The notes: generated from the letters alone by a model not told the origin. A stretch of 64,000 nucleotides of DNA from Alkalispirochaeta sp. (GCA_965242725.1 CBDESZ010000005.1:32001-96000), one strand, 5' to 3'. Positions 8,005 to 18,202 are shown, counted from the first letter of the stretch. Numbers and translations: made by a program.

Positions 8005-10071
8005 ATGATGGAATGCCATATACGTCCGGCGACGCCGGAAGATCTGCCCTTTCTTGAAGCGCTGGAGGCGGCGTCATTTCCTCCCGGGAGGCGGGTTACC
8101 CGACGTTCCCTTCGACAGAGTCTGGTGAGTCCCATGCAGACCGTGCTGATTGCCCACGTTCACGGCGGTACCGATGGGGGAGGCGTGGCCGGCCCCGACA
8201 GGGTATCGGCACCGGCTGATTCACACGGCAGGCAATCAAATGAGGAGCACGTCGTCCCGGCGGAGCAGGAGGCGGGGGCCGTCATTTTTTTCACCTTCCG
8301 AAAATCGGTTCGCATTTACTCCCTGGCCGTGCTGCCGGAGTTCCGTGGTGAAGGAGTGGGGGAACAGCTCATTCGTGCCGTCTTTGAAGAAGCGCGTATC
8401 GCCGGGATTGCCGCGGTCACTCTGGAGGCGGATGCCGCAAATGACCGGCTTCTCGAATGGTATCGGGGGCTCGGCTTTACGCCTCGGACGGTGCTTCCCG
8501 ACTACTATGCAGACGGTGAGGATGCCGTACGCATGGGGCTCTCCCTTATCACCCAGGAAGACGGCAGTGACTGGCAGTCCGCCAACCCGTCCATTATCGT
8601 CGTCCTCGATAAGCCGTCACAATGGCCCCTCTCTATTCCCAATGTGGAGGTCGTTTCTCCGCGTATGTATCTGGAGGATTTGCGCTTCCAGGTGAGTGAA
8701 GCCTATCGGGTATTCAATTTGTGCGAGAGTTATCGGAAGCAGAAGATGGGTTACTATGTTTCCCTTCTCGCATCCGCCCGGGGGCACAAGGTTGTACCGT
8801 CGGTGATCGGAATCAACGACTTTTCGAACGTCACGCTGGCAAAAAGTGTTGTGGAAGAGGTCTCTCCCCTGATACAGAAACGCCTTGAAAAGGTACGCCC
8901 GGCGGAGTTTGAACTGGATGTCTACTTTGGTGACACCCCTTCCCGGGGGTATTCCGATCTGGCGGCGAAGTTGCAGGCACTTCTTGAGCTCCCTCTGTTC
9001 AGAATCGTCTTTGCCCGCGCCAACGGTCAGTGGCAGGTAAAGCGGGTACAGGTCCTCTCGTTCACCTCGATACCGGACGAGCGGATCGAGAAGGTGGGCC
9101 GCTTTGCCGCACGGTTCTTCCAGCGAAAGCGTTTCAACCGTCCCCGTCTGAAGCATTACCGCTACGATCTGGCGATTCTCGTTAATCCAAATGAAAAGAC
9201 GCCGCCCTCCTCGGCGGAGGCACTTGCGCGCTTCAAGGAGGCGGGCCAGCAGGTAGGTCTCTTTGTCGAGATGATCACCAAACAGGACTACAGCCGCATC
9301 AACGAGTATGACGCACTTTTTATCCGGGAGACGACGGCCGTCGAGAACCACACCTACACCTTTGCCCGCAGGGCGTATACTGAAGGGTTGGTGGTCATCG
9401 ACGATCCGTGGTCAATCCTTCGCTGCTCCAACAAGATGTTCCTCTATGAACGGCTGGCACGGAATCGAATCCCCCAGCCGCGGTCGTGGATTCTGGTGAA
9501 GGGAAAGATTCAGGAGAGCCGGCTGAAGAAGCTTTCCTTTCCTCTGGTGCTGAAACTTCCGGAGAGCAGCTTTTCCCAGGGAGTCTATCGTGTCGATTCC
9601 ATGGATGAACTGCATTTGCAGCTGAAGAAGATGTTCAAGACCGTGGAGGTCGTCATCGCCCAGGAGTTTGTGCAGACCGCCTATGACTGGCGGATCGGAA
9701 TCCTGGACAACGCCCCGCTCTTTGCGTGCAAGTACCACATGGCCTCGGGCCACTGGCAGATCTATAACTGGAAGAGTGACGAGGAGAGTGACGATTTTGT
9801 GGGGGACGTGGAGACATTCCCGATCCCGCAGGTTCCGCCGCAGATTGTACAGACCGCACTTCGCGCCGCGGCATGTGTCGGTGACGGCCTGTACGGTGTC
9901 GACGTGAAGGACATCAATGGCAAGGCCCACGTTATCGAGGTCAATGACAATCCGAATATTGACGCGGGAATCGAAGACGCCGTTCTGGGAGGCGAAATGT
10001 ACCACCGCGTAATGATGTCCTTTTACAACCGCATAGAGCGGGACCGCCTCGTTCCACGCTTTGTGAGTTAG
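8005..10071 (+). CDS. GNAT acetyltransferase fused to an RLAN + RimK-like ATP-grasp ligase
   Basis: N-terminal RimI-like GNAT (YSLAV.PEFRGEGVG; A.N....WY..LGF); VFNLC.SY....GYYVSLLA.ARGH region; ATP-grasp LKLP.SSFS.GV, QEF, DWRIG, YGVD, EVNDNPN. Confidence 0.88.
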   Translation: MMECHIRPATPEDLPFLEALEAASFPPGRRVTRRSLRQSLVSPMQTVLIAHVHGGTDGGGVAGPDRVSAPADSHGRQSNEEHVVPAEQEAGAVIFFTFRKSVRIYSLAVLPEFRGEGVGEQLIRAVFEEARIAGIAAVTLEADAANDRLLEWYRGLGFTPRTVLPDYYADGEDAVRMGLSLITQEDGSDWQSANPSIIVVLDKPSQWPLSIPNVEVVSPRMYLEDLRFQVSEAYRVFNLCESYRKQKMGYYVSLLASARGHKVVPSVIGINDFSNVTLAKSVVEEVSPLIQKRLEKVRPAEFELDVYFGDTPSRGYSDLAAKLQALLELPLFRIVFARANGQWQVKRVQVLSFTSIPDERIEKVGRFAARFFQRKRFNRPRLKHYRYDLAILVNPNEKTPPSSAEALARFKEAGQQVGLFVEMITKQDYSRINEYDALFIRETTAVENHTYTFARRAYTEGLVVIDDPWSILRCSNKMFLYERLARNRIPQPRSWILVKGKIQESRLKKLSFPLVLKLPESSFSQGVYRVDSMDELHLQLKKMFKTVEVVIAQEFVQTAYDWRIGILDNAPLFACKYHMASGHWQIYNWKSDEESDDFVGDVETFPIPQVPPQIVQTALRAAACVGDGLYGVDVKDINGKAHVIEVNDNPNIDAGIEDAVLGGEMYHRVMMSFYNRIERDRLVPRFVS

Positions 10072-10106
10072 CCGGGCGGGCCGGCGGTGAGGCGAGGCGG
10101 CGCCCG

Positions 10107-11585
10107 TTACCGATACCAGTGGTACGGTGTGGAATCGGTGTTTATGTATATCGTCTTGTACTGGCTGTAGCTTTCCAGGCTCGCTTTGTGGACCTCCCGT
10201 CCATATCCCGATTTGCCGAATCCGCCGAAGGGTGATCCGCTCGGGACGGGGTGGTAGTCGTTGATCCAGATTGTTCCGGTTCGAACCTGTCGGCTTACAT
10301 TGAGCGCCGTGTTGATATCGGCGCTCCAGACCGCTCCGGCCAGTCCGTAGGCGGAATCGTTTGCCGTCGCCACCGCCTCGTCGGCGTCTGAAAACATCTG
10401 GACTGCCAGTACGGGGCCGAATATCTCTTCCCGGGCGACCCGCATCTTCCCGGTAACGCCGGTAAGTATTGTCGGCGCCATGTAGGGACCCGAGTCGTAG
10501 ATGCCCCCGGGACCGCCGGAAAGGGGAACACCCCCCGTTGCAAGGGTCGCACCTTCGGACACGCCGATCTTTACGTATTCAAGCACCGATTTCCGTTGCG
10601 CCGCGGAGACGAGGGGACCCATTCGCGTCTCCTCCCGGAGGGGATCACCGACCGATATGGACTCGCACAATCCGACGAGATCCCTGATAAACCGGTCATG
10701 TACCTCCCGGTGGAGAAGGAGTCTGCTTCCGGCTGAACAGACCTGACCCTGGCTCATCATGATCGCCATTGCCGCCGCTTCAACGGCGCGATGGTAATCG
10801 GCGTCGGGAAAGACGATATTTGCCGATTTCCCGCCGAGTTCAAGCGTTACCGGTATGACCCGCTCCGCCGCTTTCGCGGCAACGTGACGTCCGACCTCCG
10901 TGGAACCGGTGAAACTCAATTTGGTGATTCCGGGATGAGAGAGGATCGCCTCACCGCAGGTGCTTCCGCTGCCGGGCAGAACGTTGATCAGCCCCGGCGG
11001 GACGATGTCTGCGGTGATGTCCGCCAGGGTGAGGAGACTCAGGGGAGTCAGGCTCGCCGGCTTTATCACCACTGCGTTGCCCGCGGCGAGAGCGGGGGCG
11101 AGTTTCCATCCGCTGATGAGAAAGGGGAAGTTCCACGGTACGATTGCACCGACAACCCCGAAAGGCTCCCGGACGATCATGCTCATGCGGTGCGGATCGT
11201 GGCGCTTTATCGCATCCTCGTCGCTATGGACGACTCCCGCAAAGTACCGGAACAGGTCTGCCACCGCGTCGATATCAAAGAGCGTTTCCGAGATTACCCT
11301 GCCGGTGTCCATCGTCTCCACTCGGGCAAGGTGCTCCCGATGCGAGGTAATGCGATCGGCGATTTCAAGGAGCGTGTCGGACCGTTCCGTAACGGGGCGC
11401 TCCCACCACGTTCGCCACGCCGCATCTCCCGCCGCAACGGCGTCGTCTACGTCAGCTGCCGTCGCGGCGGCGACGCGGGAGAGCACTGCGCCACCCGCAG
11501 GGTTGTGGACAGGAAAGGAGTCCCCGGAGCGTGCGCTCCGGAAACTCCCGTTGATAAAGAGACCGTACTCTTTCTTCACATCCAT
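10107..11585 (-). CDS. NAD(P)-dependent aldehyde dehydrogenase
   Basis: PWNFP, FTGSTEVG, LELGGKS, GQVCSAGSR and EEIFGP motifs; start ATG 11585 just after the SBP stop. Confidence 0.95.
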   Translation of the reverse strand: MDVKKEYGLFINGSFRSARSGDSFPVHNPAGGAVLSRVAAATAADVDDAVAAGDAAWRTWWERPVTERSDTLLEIADRITSHREHLARVETMDTGRVISETLFDIDAVADLFRYFAGVVHSDEDAIKRHDPHRMSMIVREPFGVVGAIVPWNFPFLISGWKLAPALAAGNAVVIKPASLTPLSLLTLADITADIVPPGLINVLPGSGSTCGEAILSHPGITKLSFTGSTEVGRHVAAKAAERVIPVTLELGGKSANIVFPDADYHRAVEAAAMAIMMSQGQVCSAGSRLLLHREVHDRFIRDLVGLCESISVGDPLREETRMGPLVSAAQRKSVLEYVKIGVSEGATLATGGVPLSGGPGGIYDSGPYMAPTILTGVTGKMRVAREEIFGPVLAVQMFSDADEAVATANDSAYGLAGAVWSADINTALNVSRQVRTGTIWINDYHPVPSGSPFGGFGKSGYGREVHKASLESYSQYKTIYINTDSTPYHWYR

Positions 11586-11590
11586 TGGCG

Positions 11591-12484
11591 TCAGAGGTAT
11601 CCGTTCTCGGTAAGCCATTCCCTGGCGATGTCGGCCGGCTCAACGCCGTCGTCATAGAGCACATTCAGTGCACTCATCGTCTCGGTGTCTATCGCTCCGC
11701 CGAGAGAGTTCAGCGTTTCAATGACTTCGGAGTAGTTCTCTATGACCTCGTCGGCGATCACGTATGCTCCGTTGTAGGCGGGGAAGAACTCCTTGTCGTC
11801 GGGGAGCATCACCAGGTTGAGACGGGCGATGCGGCTGTCCGTGGAGTACGCCGCAGCCACGTCGACTTCACCGGCGTCAATGGCGCGATAGATGAGGCCG
11901 TACTGCATGGGCAGGACGTCGTCAAACTCGATTCCGTAGTGCTCACTCCAGCCGGGATAGGCGTCGGGACGGATGTCGAAGTTGTCGTCCCCAGCGAGGA
12001 CCCACTCCTCGGCGAGACCTGCAAGATCGCTCGCCTTTTCGAGGCCGTACTCCTCTGCCGTCTCCTCCCGGACCACCATGATGTAGGTGTTGTTGAATCC
12101 GAGCGGTTCCGACCAGGTGTATCCGAAGTTCTCTTCAAATCCGTCCTTGACGTAATTCCACGTCTCTTCAGCCGTCAGCTGTTCCCCTTCGTAGCGCAGA
12201 ACACCGGTGAGCTGCGTGCCCGTCCACGTCGGATAGACATCGATTTCATCACCCTCCATTGCCTGATGGAGGACGGAGGAACCGGTGAAACTCGTGTTGA
12301 TCGTCGCGGAATAGGGCGTCTTCTCCTCGATAAGAATCTGTGCCATATGACCGAGAATGACCATCTCGTTGACATCCTGGGCGGCCACACGGATCGTCGG
12401 GGCTTCACCCTCGGCGCTTCCACTGCCAAAAACCATTCCGCCGGCAATTGCCGCCATCAAGAAAACCAGAAAAATTCGTCGCAT
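11591..12484 (-). CDS. Betaine/choline-type (OpuCC/OsmX-family) ABC substrate-binding protein
   Basis: Signal peptide; GEIDVYPTWTGT, PLGFNNTY, AYSTDSRI and L.DDK.FFPAY motifs. Confidence 0.9.
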   Translation of the reverse strand: MRRIFLVFLMAAIAGGMVFGSGSAEGEAPTIRVAAQDVNEMVILGHMAQILIEEKTPYSATINTSFTGSSVLHQAMEGDEIDVYPTWTGTQLTGVLRYEGEQLTAEETWNYVKDGFEENFGYTWSEPLGFNNTYIMVVREETAEEYGLEKASDLAGLAEEWVLAGDDNFDIRPDAYPGWSEHYGIEFDDVLPMQYGLIYRAIDAGEVDVAAAYSTDSRIARLNLVMLPDDKEFFPAYNGAYVIADEVIENYSEVIETLNSLGGAIDTETMSALNVLYDDGVEPADIAREWLTENGYL

Positions 12485-12522
12485 GTGTTTCTCCTTTCGC
12501 GTCAAATTTTGAAACTTCAATA

Positions 12523-13221
12523 TTAATCGTGAGCCGGTATTCCCAGCTTCGCTTCCTTTTTAATGATCCGCCGGGCGCGCCGGTCGGGGCTTACGTAGGT
12601 CTGAAACCACCGCAGACCGTAATCGGCTATGAGGGCCAGCACCGTCGCCGGCAGCGCTCCCGCGAGGATGACCTCGTTTCTGATCGCCGAGAGGCCCGAG
12701 AAGATGAGTCTTCCCAGCCCGCCGCCGCCTATCGCCGCCGCGAGGGCGGCGGTTCCGATGATCCACACCGATGCAACGCGAATACCCGAAATGATCACCG
12801 GCATTGCCAGGGGTATCTGTACCCGCGTCATGATCTGCAGCTCCGTCATGCCCATTCCGCGGGCGGCGTTGGTGAGCTGGACGGGCACGTTCTTTATACC
12901 CGTATAGGTGTTCTGCAGCACCGGCAGCATGGCGTAGAGAAAGAGCGCCGCAATGGCGTTGTCATTGCCGATGCCGAAGACGAAGATGAGAAAGCCGAGC
13001 AGCGCGAGGCTTGGCACGGTCTGAAAAACGTTTGCCACGGCGATGACATAGGGAGCGATTTTTTCGTTTCTCGTTAGATATATGCCCAGGGGTACGCACA
13101 CGACGACGGTGAGGGCGAGGGCGATGCCGGAAATTGCCACGTGTTCCCAGGCGAGGCCGAGCACGCGGTCCCAGTTTCGGCTGAGATATGTCGTCAGGAG
13201 CTGGAAAAAGTTCTGGTTCAC
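12523..13221 (-). CDS. Betaine-type ABC transporter permease (OpuCB/OsmW-like)
   Basis: QTVPSLALLG, EAA-like AARGMGM and IGGGGLG motifs. Confidence 0.92.
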   Translation of the reverse strand: MNQNFFQLLTTYLSRNWDRVLGLAWEHVAISGIALALTVVVCVPLGIYLTRNEKIAPYVIAVANVFQTVPSLALLGFLIFVFGIGNDNAIAALFLYAMLPVLQNTYTGIKNVPVQLTNAARGMGMTELQIMTRVQIPLAMPVIISGIRVASVWIIGTAALAAAIGGGGLGRLIFSGLSAIRNEVILAGALPATVLALIADYGLRWFQTYVSPDRRARRIIKKEAKLGIPAHD

Positions 13222-14348
13222 GAGTGTCCTCCTCCCCGGGTGAGGCGGGTAATGGTGAGTCTGGCGATCCCGCCGTTGGTGATGACCCCGGCGAGCCCTC
13301 CCTGGGGGGTGAGTACCGGAACCGGCGCGTCCAGATCGACGAGGAGTTCCGCCGCGTCCCGGACGGTTGCCTCGGGGAGCGTCAGCTTGCGGTCTTTGCG
13401 TCCAAGGGGCCCCACGGTGGAGTCACCCCGGCGCTCCGCCTCCAGCAGATCCGAGAGGTATACCATGCCCTTCCAGACTCCCTTCGCGTCGACGATCTGT
13501 GCCGTTTCCCGGCTCAGTTCTTCAAGCCCTTCAAGGACGACCGTCGGATCGGTGGCGGGACGAATGGTAAGGGGTGCCTTCTCGATCAGGGTGTCTACGG
13601 GGCTTTCAGGGGATATCTGGGAGAGCCGGTCTTCTCCGATGAAGCTCCGGACAAAATCACTCACCGGTTGATTCTGGAGGTCCTCCGCCGTACCGAGTTG
13701 TTCGATCTTTCCCCGGCGCATGAGGACGATGCGATCGCCCAGCTTCAGCGCTTCGTCGATGTCGTGGGTCACAAAGATGATCGTCTTCTGCACCCGCTTC
13801 TGCAGTTCCAGCAGTTCCTGCTGCAGTTTTCCCTTGGTGATCGGATCGAGCGCACCAAAGGGTTCATCCATGAGGATTACATCGGGATCCGCCGCAAGGG
13901 CGCGGAGGACGCCGATGCGTTGCTGCTGTCCTCCGGATAACTGGGCGGGCAGGCGGTTGCGGTACACCTTGGGGTCCAGTCCGGACATCTCCAATAGCTC
14001 GTCGATCCGCTTTCGCGTCCTTTTCCCTTTCCATCCAAGGAGGTTGGGAACGGTACCGATGTTTTCCCCTACCGTCAGGTGGGGCATGAGGCCGATTTCC
14101 TGAATGACGTAGCCGATGTTCCGACGCAATTCCACGGGGTTTGTGGTTGCGACATCCCTTCCGTCCACGAGCGTCGTGCCGTCGGTCGGCATTTCCAGGC
14201 GGTTGACCATTTTCAGGCTCGTCGTCTTGCCGCAGCCTGAAGGACCGATGAAAACGACAAACTCTCCTTTGGCAATGGACAGGCTGAGATTGTCCAGAGC
14301 GGTCGTGCCGTCGTCATAGACTTTCGTCACATTTCTGAATTCAACCAC
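13218..14348 (-). CDS. Betaine-type ABC transporter ATPase with C-terminal CBS-like region (OpuCA/OsmV-like)
   Basis: GPSGCGKT, LSGGQQQR and MDEPFGALD motifs; start GTG 14348 behind an AGGAGG SD. The longer 14726 start overlaps the hisC-like gene. Confidence 0.92.
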   Translation of the reverse strand: MVEFRNVTKVYDDGTTALDNLSLSIAKGEFVVFIGPSGCGKTTSLKMVNRLEMPTDGTTLVDGRDVATTNPVELRRNIGYVIQEIGLMPHLTVGENIGTVPNLLGWKGKRTRKRIDELLEMSGLDPKVYRNRLPAQLSGGQQQRIGVLRALAADPDVILMDEPFGALDPITKGKLQQELLELQKRVQKTIIFVTHDIDEALKLGDRIVLMRRGKIEQLGTAEDLQNQPVSDFVRSFIGEDRLSQISPESPVDTLIEKAPLTIRPATDPTVVLEGLEELSRETAQIVDAKGVWKGMVYLSDLLEAERRGDSTVGPLGRKDRKLTLPEATVRDAAELLVDLDAPVPVLTPQGGLAGVITNGGIARLTITRLTRGGGHS

Positions 14349-15480
14349 CCAATACCTCCTCAAGTCGGGAAAGAAAGATCGAATTGTCGCCGGTGGTGCC
14401 GACGGAAACGCGGAGATGGCGGTGAAATCCCCACCCGGAGCAGCTGCGCACGATAACGCCCTTTTGCAGCAGCTCCTCGGTGACACGGTCGGCGGCGTGC
14501 GTTCCTTCATCGCATTGATACGATTCAGGGAGTTCAAAAAAGACGAAGTTGGCCTGGGACGGGACGACAGCTGCTCCCAGATCCGCCAGTTCCCGTTCAA
14601 GGCGGCGTCGCTCCGAAATGATCGCCGCCACGGCCATCGATACGGAATCCATCCCGTCGGTGATCGTCGCCAGGGCTCCGGCGATGCCGATTCGGTTGGC
14701 ATTAAAGGGTTCCGCCACTGTGTCAATGGCGTGAATCGTTTCCGGCGCGGCCACGGCGTAGCCCATTCGGGCGCCCGCCAGGCCGTACGCCTTGGAAAAG
14801 GTCCGAACGACGATTACGTGTCGACCCTCGCCGATGAGGGTTTTCCAGTCCGGCAGGAGCTCGGGCGCCGCAAACTCCGCGTACGCCTCGTCGAGTATGA
14901 GCCACCCGTCCGAGGGCAGGGCGTCAAGCAGGCGGTGCAGATCGGTGTGGGCCGTCACCGTTCCCGTCGGATTGTTTGGATTACAGAGCCAGACGAGCTT
15001 TGTCCGGTCGGTGACCTTTTCCGTGAGAGCGTCCAGGTCGACACGGAAATGGCGGTCCAACGGGACGTTGTGTATCGTCCCGTCCATGAAACGGCTTATT
15101 TCCCGATACAGACCATAGGTCGCACCAGGTATGAGCACGTCGTCACCGGGTTGCACAAACATGCGTGCCAGCGTCTCAAGCATCCCCCCCGCACCGTGGG
15201 CCACGGCGATATGGTCTTCCGACAGTCCGTACAACGCACCGATGCGTCGCCGGAGTTCAATAAAGCTGTTTTCCGGATAGGTATGGATGAGCGGCAGTGC
15301 CTGCTGCATCGCATCAAGCGCCGCCGGGAAGGGGGCGTGAGGGTTTTCATTGGAGCCGAGTTTGACAACCTTGCTGAGCCCCAGCTCCCGGCGCACTTCC
15401 TCGGTTGTTTTGCCGGCGATATAGGGATGAACGTCTGAAATGGTTCTGCGTACGCCGGGCAATCTTTTTCTGTCTGTCAT
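14341..15480 (-). CDS. hisC: HisC-family PLP aminotransferase (histidinol-phosphate or aromatic/other amino acid)
   Basis: KLGSNENP, CNPNNPTG, DEAYAEF and RTFSKAYGLAGARMGY motifs. The context is catabolic, so a histidine-biosynthesis role is uncertain. Confidence 0.8.
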   Translation of the reverse strand: MTDRKRLPGVRRTISDVHPYIAGKTTEEVRRELGLSKVVKLGSNENPHAPFPAALDAMQQALPLIHTYPENSFIELRRRIGALYGLSEDHIAVAHGAGGMLETLARMFVQPGDDVLIPGATYGLYREISRFMDGTIHNVPLDRHFRVDLDALTEKVTDRTKLVWLCNPNNPTGTVTAHTDLHRLLDALPSDGWLILDEAYAEFAAPELLPDWKTLIGEGRHVIVVRTFSKAYGLAGARMGYAVAAPETIHAIDTVAEPFNANRIGIAGALATITDGMDSVSMAVAAIISERRRLERELADLGAAVVPSQANFVFFELPESYQCDEGTHAADRVTEELLQKGVIVRSCSGWGFHRHLRVSVGTTGDNSIFLSRLEEVLGG

Positions 15481-17078
15481 GCTTCAATCTCCAGTACCGT
15501 CGGGCCTTCACGATGCATCGCCTCTTCAAGCTTCCGATGGAGGAGGTCAATGTCCGATACCCGTTCACCTGCGGCGCCGTAGGAGCGGGCGAGAGCGATA
15601 AAGTCCGGTCCGAGGTTATCCACGGCGATGCGTCTGCCGGGGTGCCGAATTTCCTCCTCCCGGCGGATTTCTCCGTACCCCCGGTCGTTCCAGATGACAA
15701 TCGGTATTGAAAGCTTCTCCTGTACCGCAACGGCGAGTTCCTGGAGGGTAAACTGGACGCCTCCGTCTCCCGCGAGAGCGACCACCCGCGGCCGATCCGC
15801 CCGTGCGGCAACGCCGATCGCGGCGGGCAGGGCGTAGCCGAGGGTTCCGAATCCCGCGGGATGGAGGAATCCACCGGTACGCCGGGTGGCATACTCGCTG
15901 ATTGCGCAATAGGCGATCGTGGTCATGTCGGCGGTGAGAATACCCGGTTCGCCTCCGCCGTCGTCGGAGAGAGCGGCGGATATCTGTTCCAGAACTGTCC
16001 TCATGCGGTCAACCTGCGTATCCGGCTGCCCGAGGACCGCGGGGAGGGCGGCCGTCGCCGCGCGGCGCAGCGACGCCACGTGTTCCACCGTTTCGTCGTA
16101 TCTTCTTTCGTCAATTCCGTCGGACGGCGATGCCTTCAGAAGTGCTTTCAGAACGGCCGCGGCGTCCATCCGCAGGGCTGCTGCGGGGGTGGACACTGCA
16201 AAGAGGTGCGCCGCCTCGACGTTTATGGCGATCACCTTTCCCCGGGGGGTGAAATTCTCCGTCCACAGGTCGGTACTTGAGAGTTGCGAGCCCACGACCA
16301 TCACCGCGTCGGCGGACTCGATTTCCCTTCGAATTTCTCCGATGTGAAGCCTGCCGCCCAGACTCAAGGGGTCGGTCTCCGGAATGACTCCCTTTCCGGC
16401 GGCGGTGGTAACGACGGGGGTGCCCCACCGTCGGGCAAAGGCGAGAAGTTCCCGATGAGCCCCCGCGGCGCCTCCTCCTGCGATGATGTATCGGCGAGGG
16501 GCGTTCCGGAATATGGAGAGAACTTCCTCAAGGGCAATTGCCTCTTCGGTCGTCTCCTGCAGCACATCGATTGGTATTTCCACGTGGACGGGGCCGGGCC
16601 GGCCGCTCGTCGTCAGCCGATAGGCGTATGCGAGGGTCTCTTCTATTCCGACAGCCTCTTCCACGCGAATCCGCTCCTTCGTAACGGACGAGGTCATCGT
16701 GGTGGGTGATTCAAGCTGATGAAGGTAGCCCCGACTGCCGTTGCGGTAGTGCCGGGGTATGTCGGAGGAGATCAGCAGCAGGGGGACCGAGTCATGACGG
16801 GCCTCACCAAGGGCGGTCAATGAGTTCGTGAGACCCGGGCCGCTGATTACGAGGGCGACACCGGGAACGCCGGTCTCCCGGGCGTATCCGTCCGCCATGA
16901 AGGCGACGCCGCTCTCGTTTCTGCCGGTAATATGTCGGATGGGACTGTCCAATAATGCGTCGTAGACATCCAGATTATGTATGCCCGGAATACCGAAAAG
17001 AGTGGTAACTCCAAGTTTTTCGAGGGTGGAGACGAGGATTTGCGCCCCCGTTTGTGGCTGTGTCGATCTGTTCCTCAA
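15477..17078 (-). CDS. ThDP-dependent enzyme, probable 2-oxo-acid decarboxylase (AruI/5-guanidino-2-oxopentanoate decarboxylase-like)
   Basis: FGIPGIHNL, E.G.AFMADGYAR, GFGTLGYALP and GDGG...N motifs. Confidence 0.85.
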   Translation of the reverse strand: MRNRSTQPQTGAQILVSTLEKLGVTTLFGIPGIHNLDVYDALLDSPIRHITGRNESGVAFMADGYARETGVPGVALVISGPGLTNSLTALGEARHDSVPLLLISSDIPRHYRNGSRGYLHQLESPTTMTSSVTKERIRVEEAVGIEETLAYAYRLTTSGRPGPVHVEIPIDVLQETTEEAIALEEVLSIFRNAPRRYIIAGGGAAGAHRELLAFARRWGTPVVTTAAGKGVIPETDPLSLGGRLHIGEIRREIESADAVMVVGSQLSSTDLWTENFTPRGKVIAINVEAAHLFAVSTPAAALRMDAAAVLKALLKASPSDGIDERRYDETVEHVASLRRAATAALPAVLGQPDTQVDRMRTVLEQISAALSDDGGGEPGILTADMTTIAYCAISEYATRRTGGFLHPAGFGTLGYALPAAIGVAARADRPRVVALAGDGGVQFTLQELAVAVQEKLSIPIVIWNDRGYGEIRREEEIRHPGRRIAVDNLGPDFIALARSYGAAGERVSDIDLLHRKLEEAMHREGPTVLEIEA

Positions 17079-17368
17079 TACGAGTCCTTTACTGTATAAA
17101 TTACTATTCGGTACACTGCGCGATATTTCGAATGAACTATCGTGGTAATCGTTAGAAAACTATATAATTACTGGTATCAGAAGTCAACAGTGACGCTGCC
17201 TGACCGCATATTCCGGCGGTAAAATCGGTGAATTCCCTTATAAAATACAATATCTCCACATAATATAATAATTATTGATTCGGCGCCTAATGTTTCGTGA
17301 TTCTAACGGCCGTATATATAGCGGCAGTTGATTGACCTAAGTATCACGGACGGTTACCGTTGTCGGTC

Positions 17369-18202
17369 ATGGATTCGGTAGGTGTATCTGCTTCTACAAT
17401 TGTCCTTGCATTTGGATTGACCCTCCTGGCGGGCCTTTCCACGGGTATAGGAAGCATTGTCGCGTTCTTTTCGTCCGACGATGATCACCGTTTTCTATCC
17501 GGTGCGCTCGGTTTTTCCGCCGGGGTCATGTTGTACGTTTCCATGGTCGAGATTTTCGGTAAGGCCCAGGATTCACTCGCCCTGTCCGTGGGGGAACCTG
17601 CTGCGCTGCGTCTTGCGACGCTGGCATTCTTCACGGGAATCGCCGTTATTGCCTTCATCGACCGCCTGATTCCGACGCTGCAGAATCCTCATGAAGTTCG
17701 GGATGCCTCGGAAATGGAGCATGATGTTGACCAGGAGTTGCGGAAACGCCAGAGCCTCCTCCGCATGGGTCTTTTTTCGGCCCTGGCGATCGGCATCCAC
17801 AATTTTCCTGAAGGGTTCGCGACCTTTATCGCAACCCTTGAGGACCCGGCGCTCGGCGTGAGTATCGCCGTCGCAATCGCGATTCACAACATCCCCGAGG
17901 GGATCGCCGTCTCTGTCCCGATTTTTCACGCGACGGGAAGCAGAAAACGGGCGCTGGGCCTCTCGTTTCTCTCCGGCCTGGCTGAACCGATCGGGGCGGT
18001 GATCGGCTTTCTCATCCTCCGTTCCTTTATGAACGACCTTGTCTTCGGGCTGATTTTTGCCGCCGTGGCGGGCATCATGGTTTTTATCTCTCTCGATGAA
18101 CTTCTGCCGACGGCGGAGCATTATGGGGAGCACCACATAACCATTTATGGACTTATCGCGGGTATGGTGGTGATGGCCCTCAGTATCGTCCTCCTGGCAT
18201 GA
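17369..18202 (+). CDS. zupT: ZIP-family zinc transporter ZupT
   Basis: HNFPEG and HNIPEG metal motifs, SLDELLP. ATG 17369 is preferred over TTG 17360 because TTGACC-N17-TACCGT (17332-17360) looks like the promoter. Confidence 0.93.
   Translation: MDSVGVSASTIVLAFGLTLLAGLSTGIGSIVAFFSSDDDHRFLSGALGFSAGVMLYVSMVEIFGKAQDSLALSVGEPAALRLATLAFFTGIAVIAFIDRLIPTLQNPHEVRDASEMEHDVDQELRKRQSLLRMGLFSALAIGIHNFPEGFATFIATLEDPALGVSIAVAIAIHNIPEGIAVSVPIFHATGSRKRALGLSFLSGLAEPIGAVIGFLILRSFMNDLVFGLIFAAVAGIMVFISLDELLPTAEHYGEHHITIYGLIAGMVVMALSIVLLA

Noticed and set aside
14349..14726. N-terminal extension of the ABC ATPase in the ORF track
   Set aside because: It overlaps the hisC-like gene; an AGGAGG SD points to GTG 14348.
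17079..17330. ArgR box or riboswitch upstream of the ThDP/HisC operon
   Set aside because: The region is AT-rich, but I could not find a convincing ARG-box palindrome or TPP/SAM/T-box core.
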